Positions 12,817 to 24,232 of a stretch of DNA of 64,000 bases are shown here, in pieces. Source of the stretch: Squalus acanthias. Its lineage: Eukaryota. The stretch is from positions 29,514,001 to 29,578,000 of the forward strand of contig CM059433.1 of assembly GCA_030390025.1 (NCBI GenBank). The letters run 5' to 3'. The translations under genes were made by a program, and so were the position numbers. The notes beneath the pieces were generated by a model. The model was not told where the DNA came from, searched no databases, and saw only the letters and a list, made by a program, of their open reading frames with translations. Numbering within the stretch: position 1 is the stretch's first letter; the number at the start of each line of letters is the position of its first letter.

Positions 12817-13709
12817 GGGGTAAAAATTCACTTGGTTGCGCCACCCGTTAGCGCCTTAAGAGGGCGCTAATGGGGCGCAAAGCCGCTAACGCCCGGGCGC
12901 AGCGATGTTTGCGCCGCTCGAGAACTTAACTTGAGATTGTGCGGCGGCGCTAAAACTTACCACTGCGACCACCTGCGCGCGCAGATTGTGACGTCATTCC
13001 ATGGTGCAACGCCCTTGGGGCGCCCCGGAGCGGAAATTGAGTGGCGCCCCCTGCCTTACCGCCTGGCGCTTCCAACGACCAGAAGACTGGAATGCTATCA
13101 ATCGCTGTGGGGCTGGGGGGGGCGCTATTTAAAGGGGGCCTCTTCCTGTCTTTTATTGTTGGTGGCATTTTTGAACTACGCATTCTGAGAGAGAGAGGGA
13201 GAGACTTCTGGAGAGATTCAACGTTGTGTGAAGGAGTTTTGGGTACTGAGCAGCACTTTGCAGGTTCATTTTGATTTGCCATTCCTTGTATCGATTTAGC
13301 AGAGACCGTGGGAGCTGCACTCTGAGCTCTTTGCCTGGTGCTCTCCATTGTTCTTTCCAGCACATTTGATGTGCAAGTCTCTCCAGGCCGAGATTCAAGG
13401 CAGCAATGAACAGGATGTGGATGGAAAGCAAGATTAACCATCCCCTTTAAGAACTGGCCCGTGCCATTGTGTGTGTGTTCCATTGCTGACTGACATTACA
13501 TGAGCTTCGCCAGCGCTCCGAGTTAGCGCCTCACTGCTCGGCCTTTGCGCCTTAAGAGAGGTGTGCAGCGCCTGCTTTAGCGCTCCACTCACCTCCCGGG
13601 GCGGTAAAAGTGAAGTTTCCCGTCAGTGCCGATAATTAGCGCCAGGCGCTAATATTTGCGTCCGGACGATATTTGCGCCCCAAATGGGGCGCGACCTAAT
13701 TTCTACCCC
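12817..13709. mobile_element. Non-autonomous Harbinger element (family copy 2, diverged subfamily), 91 bp from copy 1
   Basis: TIRs GGGGTAAAAATT / AATTTCTACCCC; TSD TTA. Confidence 0.9.
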
Positions 13710-13974
13710 TTAACTTCTAACGTTCTTTTCATCTGTCTTTTCATACTTGACCTGTCAACAGAAGACTCTGTCCTTGTGACAGTTCTGATGTCTACTTTGG
13801 GGTGGGGAGCAGGTTCAGTTGGGTGAAATGATTTAACCCTTGAAGTACGTAAAGATACAATTCGTAAGCACAAGTAAAGTTCAGCCATCTTAATCCTCAC
13901 AATCTATTTGGCTGCTCTTGGTTGCATGATATTTTTACACAAGTCACTCCAGTAAATTGAACCAAATGGCCAAA

Positions 13975-15365
13975 GACAGCAGGACAAATCCAATCCAGCC
14001 AATTACTGCCCCATCAGTCTACTCTCATTCATCAGCAAAGTGATGGAAGGTGCCGACCGTGCTATCAAGCGTCACTTACTCACCAATAACCTGCTCACCG
14101 AAGCTCAGTTTGGGTTCCGCCAGGACCACATGGCTCCAGACTTCATTACAGCCTTGGTCCAAACATGGACAAACAGTTGAATTCCAGAGGTGAGGTGAGA
14201 GTGACTGCCCTTGACATCAAGGCAGCATTTGACCAAGTGTGATACCAATGTGCCCTAGAAAAATTGAAGTCAATGGGAATCAGGGAGAAAACTCTCCACT
14301 GGCTGGAGTCAAAGCTAGCACAAAGGAAGATGGTTGTGGATTTTGGAGGCCAATCATTTCAGCCCCAGGACATCGCTGCAGGAGTTCCTCAGGTCAGTGT
14401 ACTAGGCCCAACCATCTTCAGTTGCTTCATAAATGACCTTCCCTCTATCATAAGGTCAGAAGTGGGGATGTTTGCTGATGATTGCACAATGTTCAGTTCC
14501 ATTCGCAACTCGTCAGATAATGAAGCAGTCTGTGGCCGCATGCAGTAAGACCTGGATAACATTCAGGCTTGAGCTGATAAGTGGCAAGTAACATTCGCAC
14601 AACACAAGTGCCGGGCAATGACTATCTCCAACAAGAGAGAGTCTAACCACCGCCCCTTGACATTCAACAGCATTACCATCACCGAATCCCCCACCATCAA
14701 CATCCTGGGGGTCACCATTGACCAGAAACTTAACTGGACAAGCCACATAAATACTGTGGCTACAAGAGCAGGTTAGAGGCTGGGTATTCTGCAGTGAATG
14801 TCTTACCTCCTGACTCCCCAAAGCCTTTCCACCACCTACAAGGCACAAGCCAGGTGTGCCATGGAATACTCTCCACTTGCCTGTATAAGTGCAGCTCCAA
14901 CAACACTCAAGAAGCTCGACACCATCCAGGACAAAGCAGCCTGCTTGATTGGCACTCCATCCACCACCTTAAACATTCACTCCCGGCACACCGTGGCTGC
15001 AGTGCGTACCATCTACAAGATGCACTGCAGTGACTCGCCAAGGCTTCGTCAACGGCACCTCCCAAACCTGCGACTGTTACCACCTAGAAGGACAAGGGCA
15101 GCAGGCGCATAGGAGCACCACCACCTCCATGTTCCCCTCCAAGTCACACACCATCCTGACATGGAAGTATATCGCTGTTCCTTTATCGTCGCTGGGTCAA
15201 AACCCTGGAACTCCCTCCCTAACAGCACTATGGGAGTATCTTCACCACACAGACTGCTGCGGTTCAAGAAGACGGCTTACCACCACCTTCTCAAGGACAA
15301 TTAGGGATGGGCATTAAATGCTGGCCTTGCCAGCGACGCCCACATCCCAGGAACAAATTTTAAAA
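13975..15365 (+). mobile_element. CR1-group (Zenon-like) LINE, decayed ORF2 RT to 3' end
   Basis: LDIKAAFD, GVPQVSVLGP, FADDCT, YKAQ..MEYSPLA; several stops and frameshifts. Confidence 0.9.
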
Positions 15366-15640
15366 AGGCAGGACACTGCCTGACCTGCAGAATTTGTGAC
15401 ACTTCCATTCCAATTTGTGGCCTACCAAAGCCCTCAATGGCCTCCATGGAAAATAGCTGTTCCACCCTCTTCTCTGCAGGGTTCAAAAGTCAAAGGGGTT
15501 GAGATCACTGTTCAATTGAGCTTCTTGTTTGCTTGATCTCGGCCATCATTTTCACATCATTGAGATTTTCTCTGCAGCTATTTCAGTCCTTTTGAATTTT
15601 TGACACGGCATTTATTACAGATTGCACAGTGTTCCTAAAG

Positions 15641-15888
15641 TACTAAAGTTTTAAAATTCCCATCATTGTTTTCAAATCCCTCCATGGCCTCACCCCACCT
15701 TATCTCTGTAAACTCCTTCAGCCTGACAACCCTCTGAGATCTCTGTGCTCTTCTGATTCTGGCCTCTTGCGCAGCCCCGATTTTCATCGCTCCACCATTG
15801 GTGGCCGTGCCTTCAGCTGCCTCGGCCCTAAGCTCTGGAATTCCCTCCCTGAACCTCTCTGCCTCTCTCTTGTTGTTGTTGTTGTTGA
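15641..15888 (+). mobile_element. L2 LINE 3' fragment with (GTT)n tail
   Basis: RSTIGGRAFSCLGPKLWNSLP; homologous to the reverse complement of 41750-41975. Confidence 0.8.
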
Positions 15889-15980
15889 AGGCATGTGTTT
15901 CAGAACAAAAAACCCAGTTTTCTGCATTATATCTAGAGTCGGATCTGCTTCTGCCACTCTGAAACATGGGCGGGGAGAGG

Positions 15981-16153
15981 GGGAGCAATTTTAACCTGAC
16001 CTGCCCCTCGGGAAACTGATGGGATCGGGTGCAACGCTAATTTTACACCCCGCCCGATTTTACTCTCTGCTGAAGTCATTATCGAGCAGGATGTAAAACC
16101 GCCGTTCCACCCGATCCTGCGGGATTCCCTCCCGGCAAGTCAGGTTAAAATTG
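15981..16153. mobile_element. Small palindromic MITE-like hairpin element
   Basis: CAATTTTAACCTGAC...GTCAGGTTAAAATTG with internal inverted symmetry (GATCGGGTG/CACCCGATC, TTTTACA/TGTAAAA). Confidence 0.65.
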
Positions 16154-16230
16154 TTGGTTGAGGGATAAATACTGCCCCAGAACGCCTAGGAGAATTCCCC
16201 AGCTCTGTTTCAAAATAGTGCCATGGGAAC

Positions 16231-16459
16231 TGACGTAAGAAAACTACTAGGCACTTGGTCTAAGCGTTAAACAAAGCTTTAATCAACTGTTTTTCAACAT
16301 GGAGATCTAGTTGTGTCCTTCACTAGTTCCTGTTAAAGAATGTCCTGAGCAAGCTGGGCCCATGCCCGAGTATTTATACTCTCCCTGGACAGCGCCACCA
16401 GCAGGCCGCCCAGTATTACTTCATAAGTCATTTCCACATGGATGACAAGATTAATGTCA
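16231..16459 (-). mobile_element. Solo LTR (229 bp) related to the Gypsy element at 43100
   Basis: TG..CA ends; 5-bp TSD GGAAC at 16226-16230 and 16460-16464; reverse complement shares GAAGTA.TACTGGGCGGCC, GTATAAATACTC.GGCATGGGCCCA, GTTGATTAAAGC and terminal TTACGTCA with the full-length LTR. Confidence 0.92.
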
Positions 16460-16473
16460 GGAACTTTTTCCTA

Positions 16474-16600
16474 TTCGGAGGAAAGGTCATCGACCTGAAA
16501 CGTTATCTGTTTCTCTCTCCACAGATGCTGCCTGACCTGCTGAGTATTTCCAGCATTTTCTGTTTTATTTCAGATTTCCAGCATCCGTAGTATTTTGATC
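16474..16600 (+). repeat. Decayed short repeat with a hammerhead-like motif (Penelope/retrozyme-type), homologous to the unit at 53088
   Basis: GAAAGGTCATCGACCTGAAACGTT followed by CTCTCTCCACAGATGCTGCCTGACCTGCTGAG; the CUGANGA core is mutated. Confidence 0.6.
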
Positions 16601-16819
16601 TTGTGTTGAAATTACCCCAATGATTTATGTGTGCCACCATTTTGTACCGCTCTCCACCAGCGGATATAGCACTAGGTTATTTTGTAAAGATCAGCGGGGC
16701 TCATTTTGAGGCTCTTAAATTCACTAACCAGTTTGGTTTTAACTTTGATGCGGAGATTTGATGCGGAGATTCGTCAGGTTTTAACTTGTGTGTGATTGTC
16801 CTTGGAGGGGGGTGCAGCA

Positions 16820-17277
16820 TGATACTGGGCTAAAAGGATCAAATTATGAGGAGAGATTGCATAGACTAGGCTTTTATTCCCTTGGGTATAGAAGATTAAG
16901 GGGTGATTCAATTGAGATGAATAAGATAATCAAAGGATTTGATAGGGTAGATAGAGAGAAACTATTTCCTCTGGTGGGGGGAGTCCAGAACAAGGGGCAT
17001 AACCTTAAAATTAGAGCTAGGCCGTTCAGGGCTGATGTCAGGAAGCACTTCTTCACACAAAGGGTAGTGGAAATCTGGAACTTTCTTCCCCAAAAAGTGT
17101 TGAGGCTGAGGGTCAATTGAAAATTTTAAAACTGAGATTGATAGATTTTTGTTAGGCAAGGGTATTAGGGGTTGCAGAAGCAAGGTGGATAAATGGAGCT
17201 AAGATTCAGATCAGCCATGATCCAATTGAATGGCGGTAGAGGCTGGAGGGCCTGAATGGCCTCCTCCTCTTCCTATT
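16820..17277 (+). mobile_element. CR1 LINE 3' end
   Basis: YEERLHRLG..RKHFFTQRVVEIWN; CR1 3' UTR. Confidence 0.88.
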
Positions 17278-17539
17278 AGTCTGTTCACTTTGTTGCTGAT
17301 AGATTTCTAGCTTTTATATGTAATTGCCACTATAAAAGCCTCGATCACCCAAAGGAAAGCTCAAACCCAATGTTCCTACAGAAAATAACTTTGTCACGTG
17401 TTGTAGTCCATTAGCTGAATGCGGTTGAATCTAAGATAAAGTCACATTCCTCTCACGATCAGCTGTTCCTCGGTAGCATTGAGCCGACTTTCCCAGGCTT
17501 CGGCTGCACTGTTCTCAGTCTTGTTACATATCCTTTTTT

Positions 17540-18030
17540 CATAGAATCATACAGCGCAGAAGGAGGCCATTCTGCCCATTTTGCCTGTGCCAGCTCTTTG
17601 AAAGAGCTGTCCAATTAGTCCCAATCACCCCCGCTCTTTCCCCATAGCCCTGCAATTTATTTTCTTTTTCAAGTATTTATCCCTTTTGAAAGTTACTGTT
17701 CAATCTGCTTCCACCATCCTTTCTGGCAGAGCATTCCAGATCATAACAATCCGCTGTGTAAAGAAATTCTCATCTCCCCTCTGCTTCTTTTGCCAATTAT
17801 CTTATATCTGTGTCCTCTGGTTACCGACCCTTCATCTAGTGTAAATAGTTTCTCCCTATCTACTCTATCAAAACTCTATTAAATCTCCCCTTAACCTTCT
17901 CTGCTCTAAGGAGAACTATACCAACTTCTCTAGGCTCTCCATGTTAACTCAAGTCCCTTATCCCTGGCATCATTCTGGTAAATCTCCTCTGCACCCTCTC
18001 CAAGGCCTTGACATCCTACCTATAATGGTA
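17540..18030 (-). mobile_element. CR1 LINE 3' end (second subfamily)
   Basis: ATAGAATC tail repeats; homologous to about 27700-28028 and 54735-54990. Confidence 0.75.
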
Positions 18031-18054
18031 TAGCACATTTTTTTTCTTTCTAGA

Positions 18055-18517
18055 TAAAGAAAGAACTTGCACTTATATAGTGCCTTTCATGACCTCAGGA
18101 TATCCCAAAGCATTTTACAGCCAATTAATTACTTTTTGAAGCCTAGTAAGTGTCGTAATGCAGGAAACACGGCAGCCAATTTATGCATAGCAAGATTCCA
18201 CAAACAGCAATGTGATAAGGGGGCACATGCTGAACTTTAAATTGGCAATTGCCAACAAGAAGAGTCAGCAATGTGATAATGACCAGCTAATCTGTTTCAG
18301 TGATGTTGGTTGAGCGATAAATATTGGCCCAGAACACCTGGGAGAATTCCTCAGCTCTTCTTCAAAATAGTGCCATGGGATCTTTTATGTTCATCTGAGA
18401 GGGCAGACGGGGCCTCGGTTTAACATCTCATCCAAAAGGCAGCACCTCCAACGGTGCAGCATGCCCTCAGTACTGCACTTGTGTGTTCTCCTAGATTCTG
18501 TGCTTAAGTCTCTGGAG
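18055..18517 (-). mobile_element. tRNA-derived SINE with Deu-like core and L2-like tail
   Basis: Reverse complement of 60473-60970. Confidence 0.8.
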
Positions 18518-19980
18518 TTTTTTTAATTCGTTTATGGGATCTGGGCGTCGCTGGCAATTCCAGCATTTATTGCCCATCCCTATTTGCCCTTGAGAAGGTG
18601 GTGGTGAGCCGCCTTCTTGAACTGCTGCAGTCCGTGTGGTGAAGGTACTCCCACAGTGCTGTTAGGGAGGGAGTTCCAGGATTTTGACCCAGCGACGATG
18701 AAGGATCGGCGATATACTTCTAAGTCAGATGGTGTGTGACTTGGAGGGGAACTTGGAGGTGGTGGTGTTCCCATGCACCTGCTGCCCTTGTCCTTCTAGG
18801 TGAAAGAGGTCGCAGGTTTGGGAGGTGCTGCCGAAGAAGCCTTGGCGAGTTGCTGCAGTGCATCTTGTCGATGGTACACACTGCAGCCACGGTACGCCGG
18901 TGGTGGAGGGAGTGAATGTTTAAGGTGGTGGATGGGGTGCCAATCAAGCGGGCTGCATTGTCCTGGATGGTGTCGAGCTTCTTGAGTGTTGTTGGAGCTG
19001 CACTCATCCAGGCAATTGAGTATTCCATCACACTCCTTACTTGTGCCTTGTAGATGGTGGAAAGGCTTTGGAGAGTCAGGAGGTGAGAGAATACCTAGCC
19101 TCTGACCTGCTCTTGTTGCCACAGTATTTATGTGGCTGGTCCAGTTAAGATTTTGGTTAATGGTGACCCCCAGGATGTTAATAGTGGGGGATTTGGTGAT
19201 GGTAATGCCATTGAATGTCAAGGGGAGGTGGTTAGACTCTCGCTTGTTGGAAATAGTCATTGCCTGGCACTTCTGTGGCGCGAATGTTACCTGCCACTTA
19301 TCAGCCCAAGCCTGAACGTCGTCCAGGTCTTGTTACATGCGGGCATGGTCTGCTTCATTATCTTGGGAGTTGTGAATGGCGCTGAACACTGTGCAGTCAT
19401 CAGCGAACATCCCCATTTCTGACCTTATGTTGGAGGGATGGTCATTGATGAAGCAGCTGAAGATGTTTGGGCATAGGACACTGCCCTGAGGAACTCCTGC
19501 AGCGATGTCCTGGGGCTGTGATGATTGACCTTCAACCACCACAACCATCTTCCTTTGCGCTAGGTAGGAGTGTTTTCCCCCTGATTCCCATTGACTTCAG
19601 TTTTACTAGGGCTCCTTCATGCCAGACTCGGTCAAATGCTGCCTTGATGTCAAGGACAGTCACTCTCACCTCACCTCTAGAATTCAGCTCCTTCAATCCA
19701 TGTTTGGACAAAGGCTGTAATGAGGTCGGGAGCCGAGCGGTCTTGGCTGAACCCAAACTGGGCATCAGTGAGCAGGTTATTGGTGAGTAAGTGCCGCTTG
19801 ATAGCACAGTCGATGACACCTTCCATCACTTTGCTGATGATTGAGAGTAGACTGATGGGGCGGTAATTGGCCGGGTTGGATTTGTCCTGCTTTTTGTGGA
19901 CAGGACATACCTGGGCAGTTTTCCACATTGTCGGATAGATGCCGGTGTTGTAGCTGTACTGGAACAGCTTGGCTAGAGGA
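18518..19980 (-). mobile_element. CR1-group (Zenon-like) LINE, decayed ORF2
   Basis: [35 protein letters not shown] on the minus strand. Confidence 0.9.
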
Positions 19981-20672
19981 GTGGGACATTCTTTAGGAAA
20001 GCTCTGATTTGGACAACATAGAGGCATACGTTACTAAGACCTGACTGCGACCACTCGTAAGGAAGCAGATCTCATTATTCCTAACAATAGTTGCTGCAAG
20101 GTATTTTGTTTCTGTTTCGGTATTCTTTGCAAAATTCCTTCATAAAATCTGCAGTCAGGAAAAGCAGGACCCTAATGAGTACGCTGCTTCCATCAAATTG
20201 TTTCGCAGTGCTGTGCCAGGAGAATTTTTTTTAGACTGAGAAAAACTCACATTGCAGTTATGGATTAAATCACAGATGTGACTGTAACGTTATGGATTGT
20301 GTTACAATACATAATGGGCAGGTTAAGTTGATCTGTCACTGCACTGTCAGCTTCACAGGTTAGTTTAAAAGGAACGTGATACCACGTATCAAACCCTTAA
20401 TCCGTCCGTGTTCAAAGTGACATTTAGCACCTTTATTATAATGGTGTAGCACAGGGCTTTCCTTTGGCACTTCTGCAAAAACATCTACAAGGCTATTAGA
20501 AAACTATTACCCAGCTGGAATTAAAAACCACTGAAAACAGGAGATGGCCATTAAACCTAATGCGTGTATGTGTGTGTATGTGACTATGCATATTGGATTA
20601 ACACATGGTGGTGTTTGAACTGAGCCGATGTTGGCACTGATTTGTGTCGTCATCTCTCTTCCTCTTTGACAG

Positions 20673-20836
20673 ACGGACCATGTCATGATTGCCGGTGAGG
20701 GTGCCAGCAGGTTTGCCGAAAGTCTTGGCTTTGCGCAGGCTGCTACGACGGAGCTGGTGACCCCAAGCGCCAGAAAGGAATGGGAACTCTACCGCAAGTA
20801 CCAGCAGGCAGTCTCTAGCCTTTTTGATTCACAAGT
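20673..20836 (+). CDS. Internal coding exon (164 nt, phase 0 to phase 2) of an isoaspartyl peptidase/L-asparaginase gene (ASRGL1-like, asparaginase-2/Ntn-hydrolase family)
   Basis: Polypyrimidine tract plus AG at 20671-20672 and GTAAGT at 20837; translates TDHVMIAGEGASRFAESLGFAQAATTELVTPSARKEWELYRKYQQAVSSLFDSQ, resembling the T.H...G.GA..FA...G......LVT segment that precedes the autocatalytic Thr; absent from the ORF track. Confidence 0.85.
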
Positions 20837-20870
20837 GTAAGTCTATTTAGTCTTTTAAAACAAGTACAAC

Positions 20871-21650
20871 GGGCCGGAATTTACTGAAGAAATAACTGCG
20901 TCTGGACGACGCGTGCCGTTATTAATGTGTAAGTGAGCCAGCAACTTGTGGTGAGGAAGAGATACCCCGTGAATTGTGAATCATCACAAGTTGTTAGACG
21001 ATAAGCCTTGTGAAAGTGGCCCTCAATCTCCCCATGAGTTTCATGAAGTTGCTGCATTTGCTGATTAAACTCACCACAGAAAGTTAAGTCTACCAGTTAA
21101 TAGCATAAGTACCCTTTAACAATATGATAATTGTTCATGACTGCCAATCAACCACTCTTGTCCAGAAAGTGAACAGTTAAATGTGTGAAGTATCATTCCT
21201 TCAGGTAGTTCTCTGGCTCAGAAAGTGAACAATTTAAACTGTGGAGTCTCATTTCTTCAGGTAATTAATTATTGTTAGAGATATAAAAAATTTCAAATTT
21301 TAAAATTCTACATATCTTTTCTTACTTTTCCTTTCTGTCTCTTTTTTCATTCTCTCTTAATCCAATCTTTCTTTCCCTGTTTTTATTTCTCTTTCTGTAC
21401 CTGATTTAGCATTGAATTCGCCCTCTTTACCAATCATTCCGCTGTTTCTTTCTCAATCCTTAAATCTCATTGGTTAAGAAGATAGACTGTTGATCCTGTC
21501 ATTCACTAAGGTCCCAGATGTCCCGTTGCCCTCACCGTGCCCTTATCAGCTCGCACTTCCAGCAAGTTACAGGGCAAAAATAATTGAGCTGGAGGTGAAA
21601 AAGTCTAACTAACCGGGTATGAGATGCCCCACTCCAGCAAATTCCAGCCC
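20871..21650. mobile_element. Harbinger-type MITE starting 34 bp downstream of the exon end
   Basis: TIRs GGGCCGGAATTT / AAATTCCAGCCC; TSD not clean (AAC/ATT). Confidence 0.7.
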
Positions 21651-21909
21651 ATTGTTAGAATAAGTGTTTCAATCCTTTGTTTTAGTTCTTGCTCTTTTCC
21701 CAGTCAATATTTGAGATGTAAAAGTGAAAATTTTAAATTTTGAGGCCCTTATGCTTATGACACCCCACCCATCCCCCACCCGCTGCTAGGGCGTGTCCCC
21801 AGTCTGGTGAGGTTTGCCCATTGCAGATGAGTGAAAATAGTGACCTACATCAACAAGGTTTTTTCATATTTAGCAGTGAAAGTGCTCCCCATTTCCCACC
21901 TCTCAGGGG

Positions 21910-22180
21910 TAGGGTTGCCAACTTTGGATTGACGTATTCCTGGTCATCATATGACCTGCCACCTTCAATCACCCCACCCAGTTAAACAGTCTTTTTATTC
22001 CCCCCCCCCCCCATCTCCAATATTTTATATCGCTAATAAGCTAAAGTGTTCAATGTAAAAAATGCACCATTTTTTTAATACCCTATAGTTTTTCTCCCTG
22101 GGTTGCTCGCAGCAGTGTCCTGGAGATTGATCATTAATTCCTGGAGACTCCAGGCCAATGCTGGAGGGTTGGCAACCCAA
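21910..22180. mobile_element. hAT-type MITE
   Basis: TIR TAGGGTTGCCAAC / GTTGGCAACCCAA; sister copies show 8-bp TSDs. Confidence 0.75.
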
Positions 22181-22677
22181 TGCAGAGGTGTTTGCTGTGA
22201 GGATCTAGCTACTAACCAAAGCTTGGGGTAAGGTGTTGTGCAAAGGAGCAGACTTGTGGTTGCACTGATCCATTATCCAGGTTTTATTTACCCCTTTGGC
22301 TGCTGTTAGTGAGGAAAAGACTAATTAAAAGCTGACTTTCAAGGTCTGCGAGGCATAGAATGATTACTTTACTCCCAACCAGAAGGTGATAACTGGAGCT
22401 TTCTGGCCAAGTTGCGTTAGTTTTCAGTCAGACTTTCAGACACAAGACCTGAATCTCTCCGCCTCTGCCTTCAACCAGCAGGTTACAGAATGGCTTTCAA
22501 GATAATGATAGAGAAATTTGCAGTTCCATCTACAGTATTTTACTTGAAGTGGTTGCAGAGAAAATGGAATGGGAGAAATACATTTTTTTTAAAACTGAGG
22601 ATGATAACGTATGAGATTAGATTGATCCAATTAACAGACGCAATATGAAATAAATAATACAGTATGTAGAGGCTCAT

Positions 22678-23845
22678 TCTAGAGCTGGGGGGCATAGTCT
22701 CATGATAAGGGGTCGTCCATTTAGGACTGAAATGTGGAGAAATTTCTTCACTCAGACAGTTGTGAATCTTTGGGATTCTGTACCACAGAGGGCTGTGGAT
22801 TCTCGGTCGTTGAGTATATTCAAGACTGAGATTGACAGATTTTTGGACTCTAAGGCCGGAATTTTGCCGGCGCTCAGGGGGCGGGACATCCAGCAAAATC
22901 GCAAAGATTGACAGCGGGTCGGAAACCCACTGTCAAGCTGCCTCCAAACAATCTTCCCCGGTGTCGGGTCCTCGATTTGCGCAGGGACCCGACACCTAGC
23001 AGCGATTAGAAGATTATAGGCACTTAACTGCTTGTTAACAGGTTGTTAACCGGCTGTTAAGAGGCTTTTTGCAATTTTGACAGGTCTACTGCGGGCTTCC
23101 CGATGTCCGGACACCACGCCAGGTAAGTGTGGCGTGCTGTGGGTCTACTGTAATGTTTGTGCATTGATGACCGCTGCAGAAGTAGTGTGAGGGATCCAAT
23201 GGTACACTGGTGAGTTTCAGAAGTAAGAAAATGTTGAGAAAATCATTTTTAATGTATTTAGACTTTTCTGTAGGTGACAAGTTTTGAATTGTTTGTGTAG
23301 TCCCACCTCATTGGGAGAACCCCTCTCACCAGTGACAGATCGCTTCTGTAATCTCACCTGCAGCTGCCATCTGTTCTAGCCTAAGGAGGGAGTCACTGGA
23401 GAGCCTGGGTAAAAGGGCTCCCCTTTGTACAGTGACTGTCAGTGTTTGCAGCATCGCAATGCTGTCAAACACTGAAAAACCAGCTGTCAAAAAAATTGTG
23501 CGTGGCCCCTTTAAGAAAACCAGCAGATGACGCGTCATCAACTGACGTCATCTGACACCGGCTTTCTCTCAATTGACCGGCAAGCCCGCAGGGCGGTCTT
23601 AACAAGGCCAACTGATGCAAAATCGCGTCTGTGCGTCGGACGTCATTGGGGGCGGGATTGGAACCCGGAAGACAGCTGTCCCATCCCCAAGCTGCATCGA
23701 GAGGAAAAATCGCGGCCTCAGGGAATCGGGGATTGGGTGGGAAAGTGGAGTTGAGGTCGAAGGTCAGCCATGATCTTATTGAATGGCGGCTCTGAGGGCC
23801 GTATGGCCTACTCCTGCTCCTACTTCTTACGTTCTTATGTTCTTA
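22678..23845 (+). mobile_element. CR1 3' end interrupted by a Harbinger MITE
   Basis: RNFFTQTVVNLW..EIDRFLDS; resumes at 23718 and ends in a TTCTTATG tail. Confidence 0.88.
22854..23717 (-). mobile_element. Non-autonomous Harbinger element (internally deleted relative of 24233-25748)
   Basis: TIRs GGCCGGAATTTT / AAAAATCGCGGCC; TSD TAA/TCA; short Myb relic PRLSSDSL on the minus strand. Confidence 0.82.
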
Positions 23846-24232
23846 TTCACTATAAGTTGATCCAGATATTCCTCAAGTCTGTGACCAGCAACCTGAAGAA
23901 TTAGTCCAGACTCCTAGTTTGCTTTGTAATTGAAACCCCAACTTCAGATCTGATGCACAATTGAATGCCAGCACCAGTAACTGAGAGTTGGTACAATTAT
24001 ATATTTTTTTGAGGGGGCACAGGCAATGAATCACTGCATATAATTGGAAATGTTTTTGTATTTGAATTCACATTTATCAGGTGCTATTGAAACATTTAAT
24101 TTTTCAATTCTAGAATGTGCCATTCAGAAGCCAGGATTTCTACTCTAAAGTGCATAAGCAGTATGCTAAAGTACCGTTTTAGATAGATGTTTAATCATTC
24201 CTTGTGGTATATTACTTTCCAGTGCTCATTAC

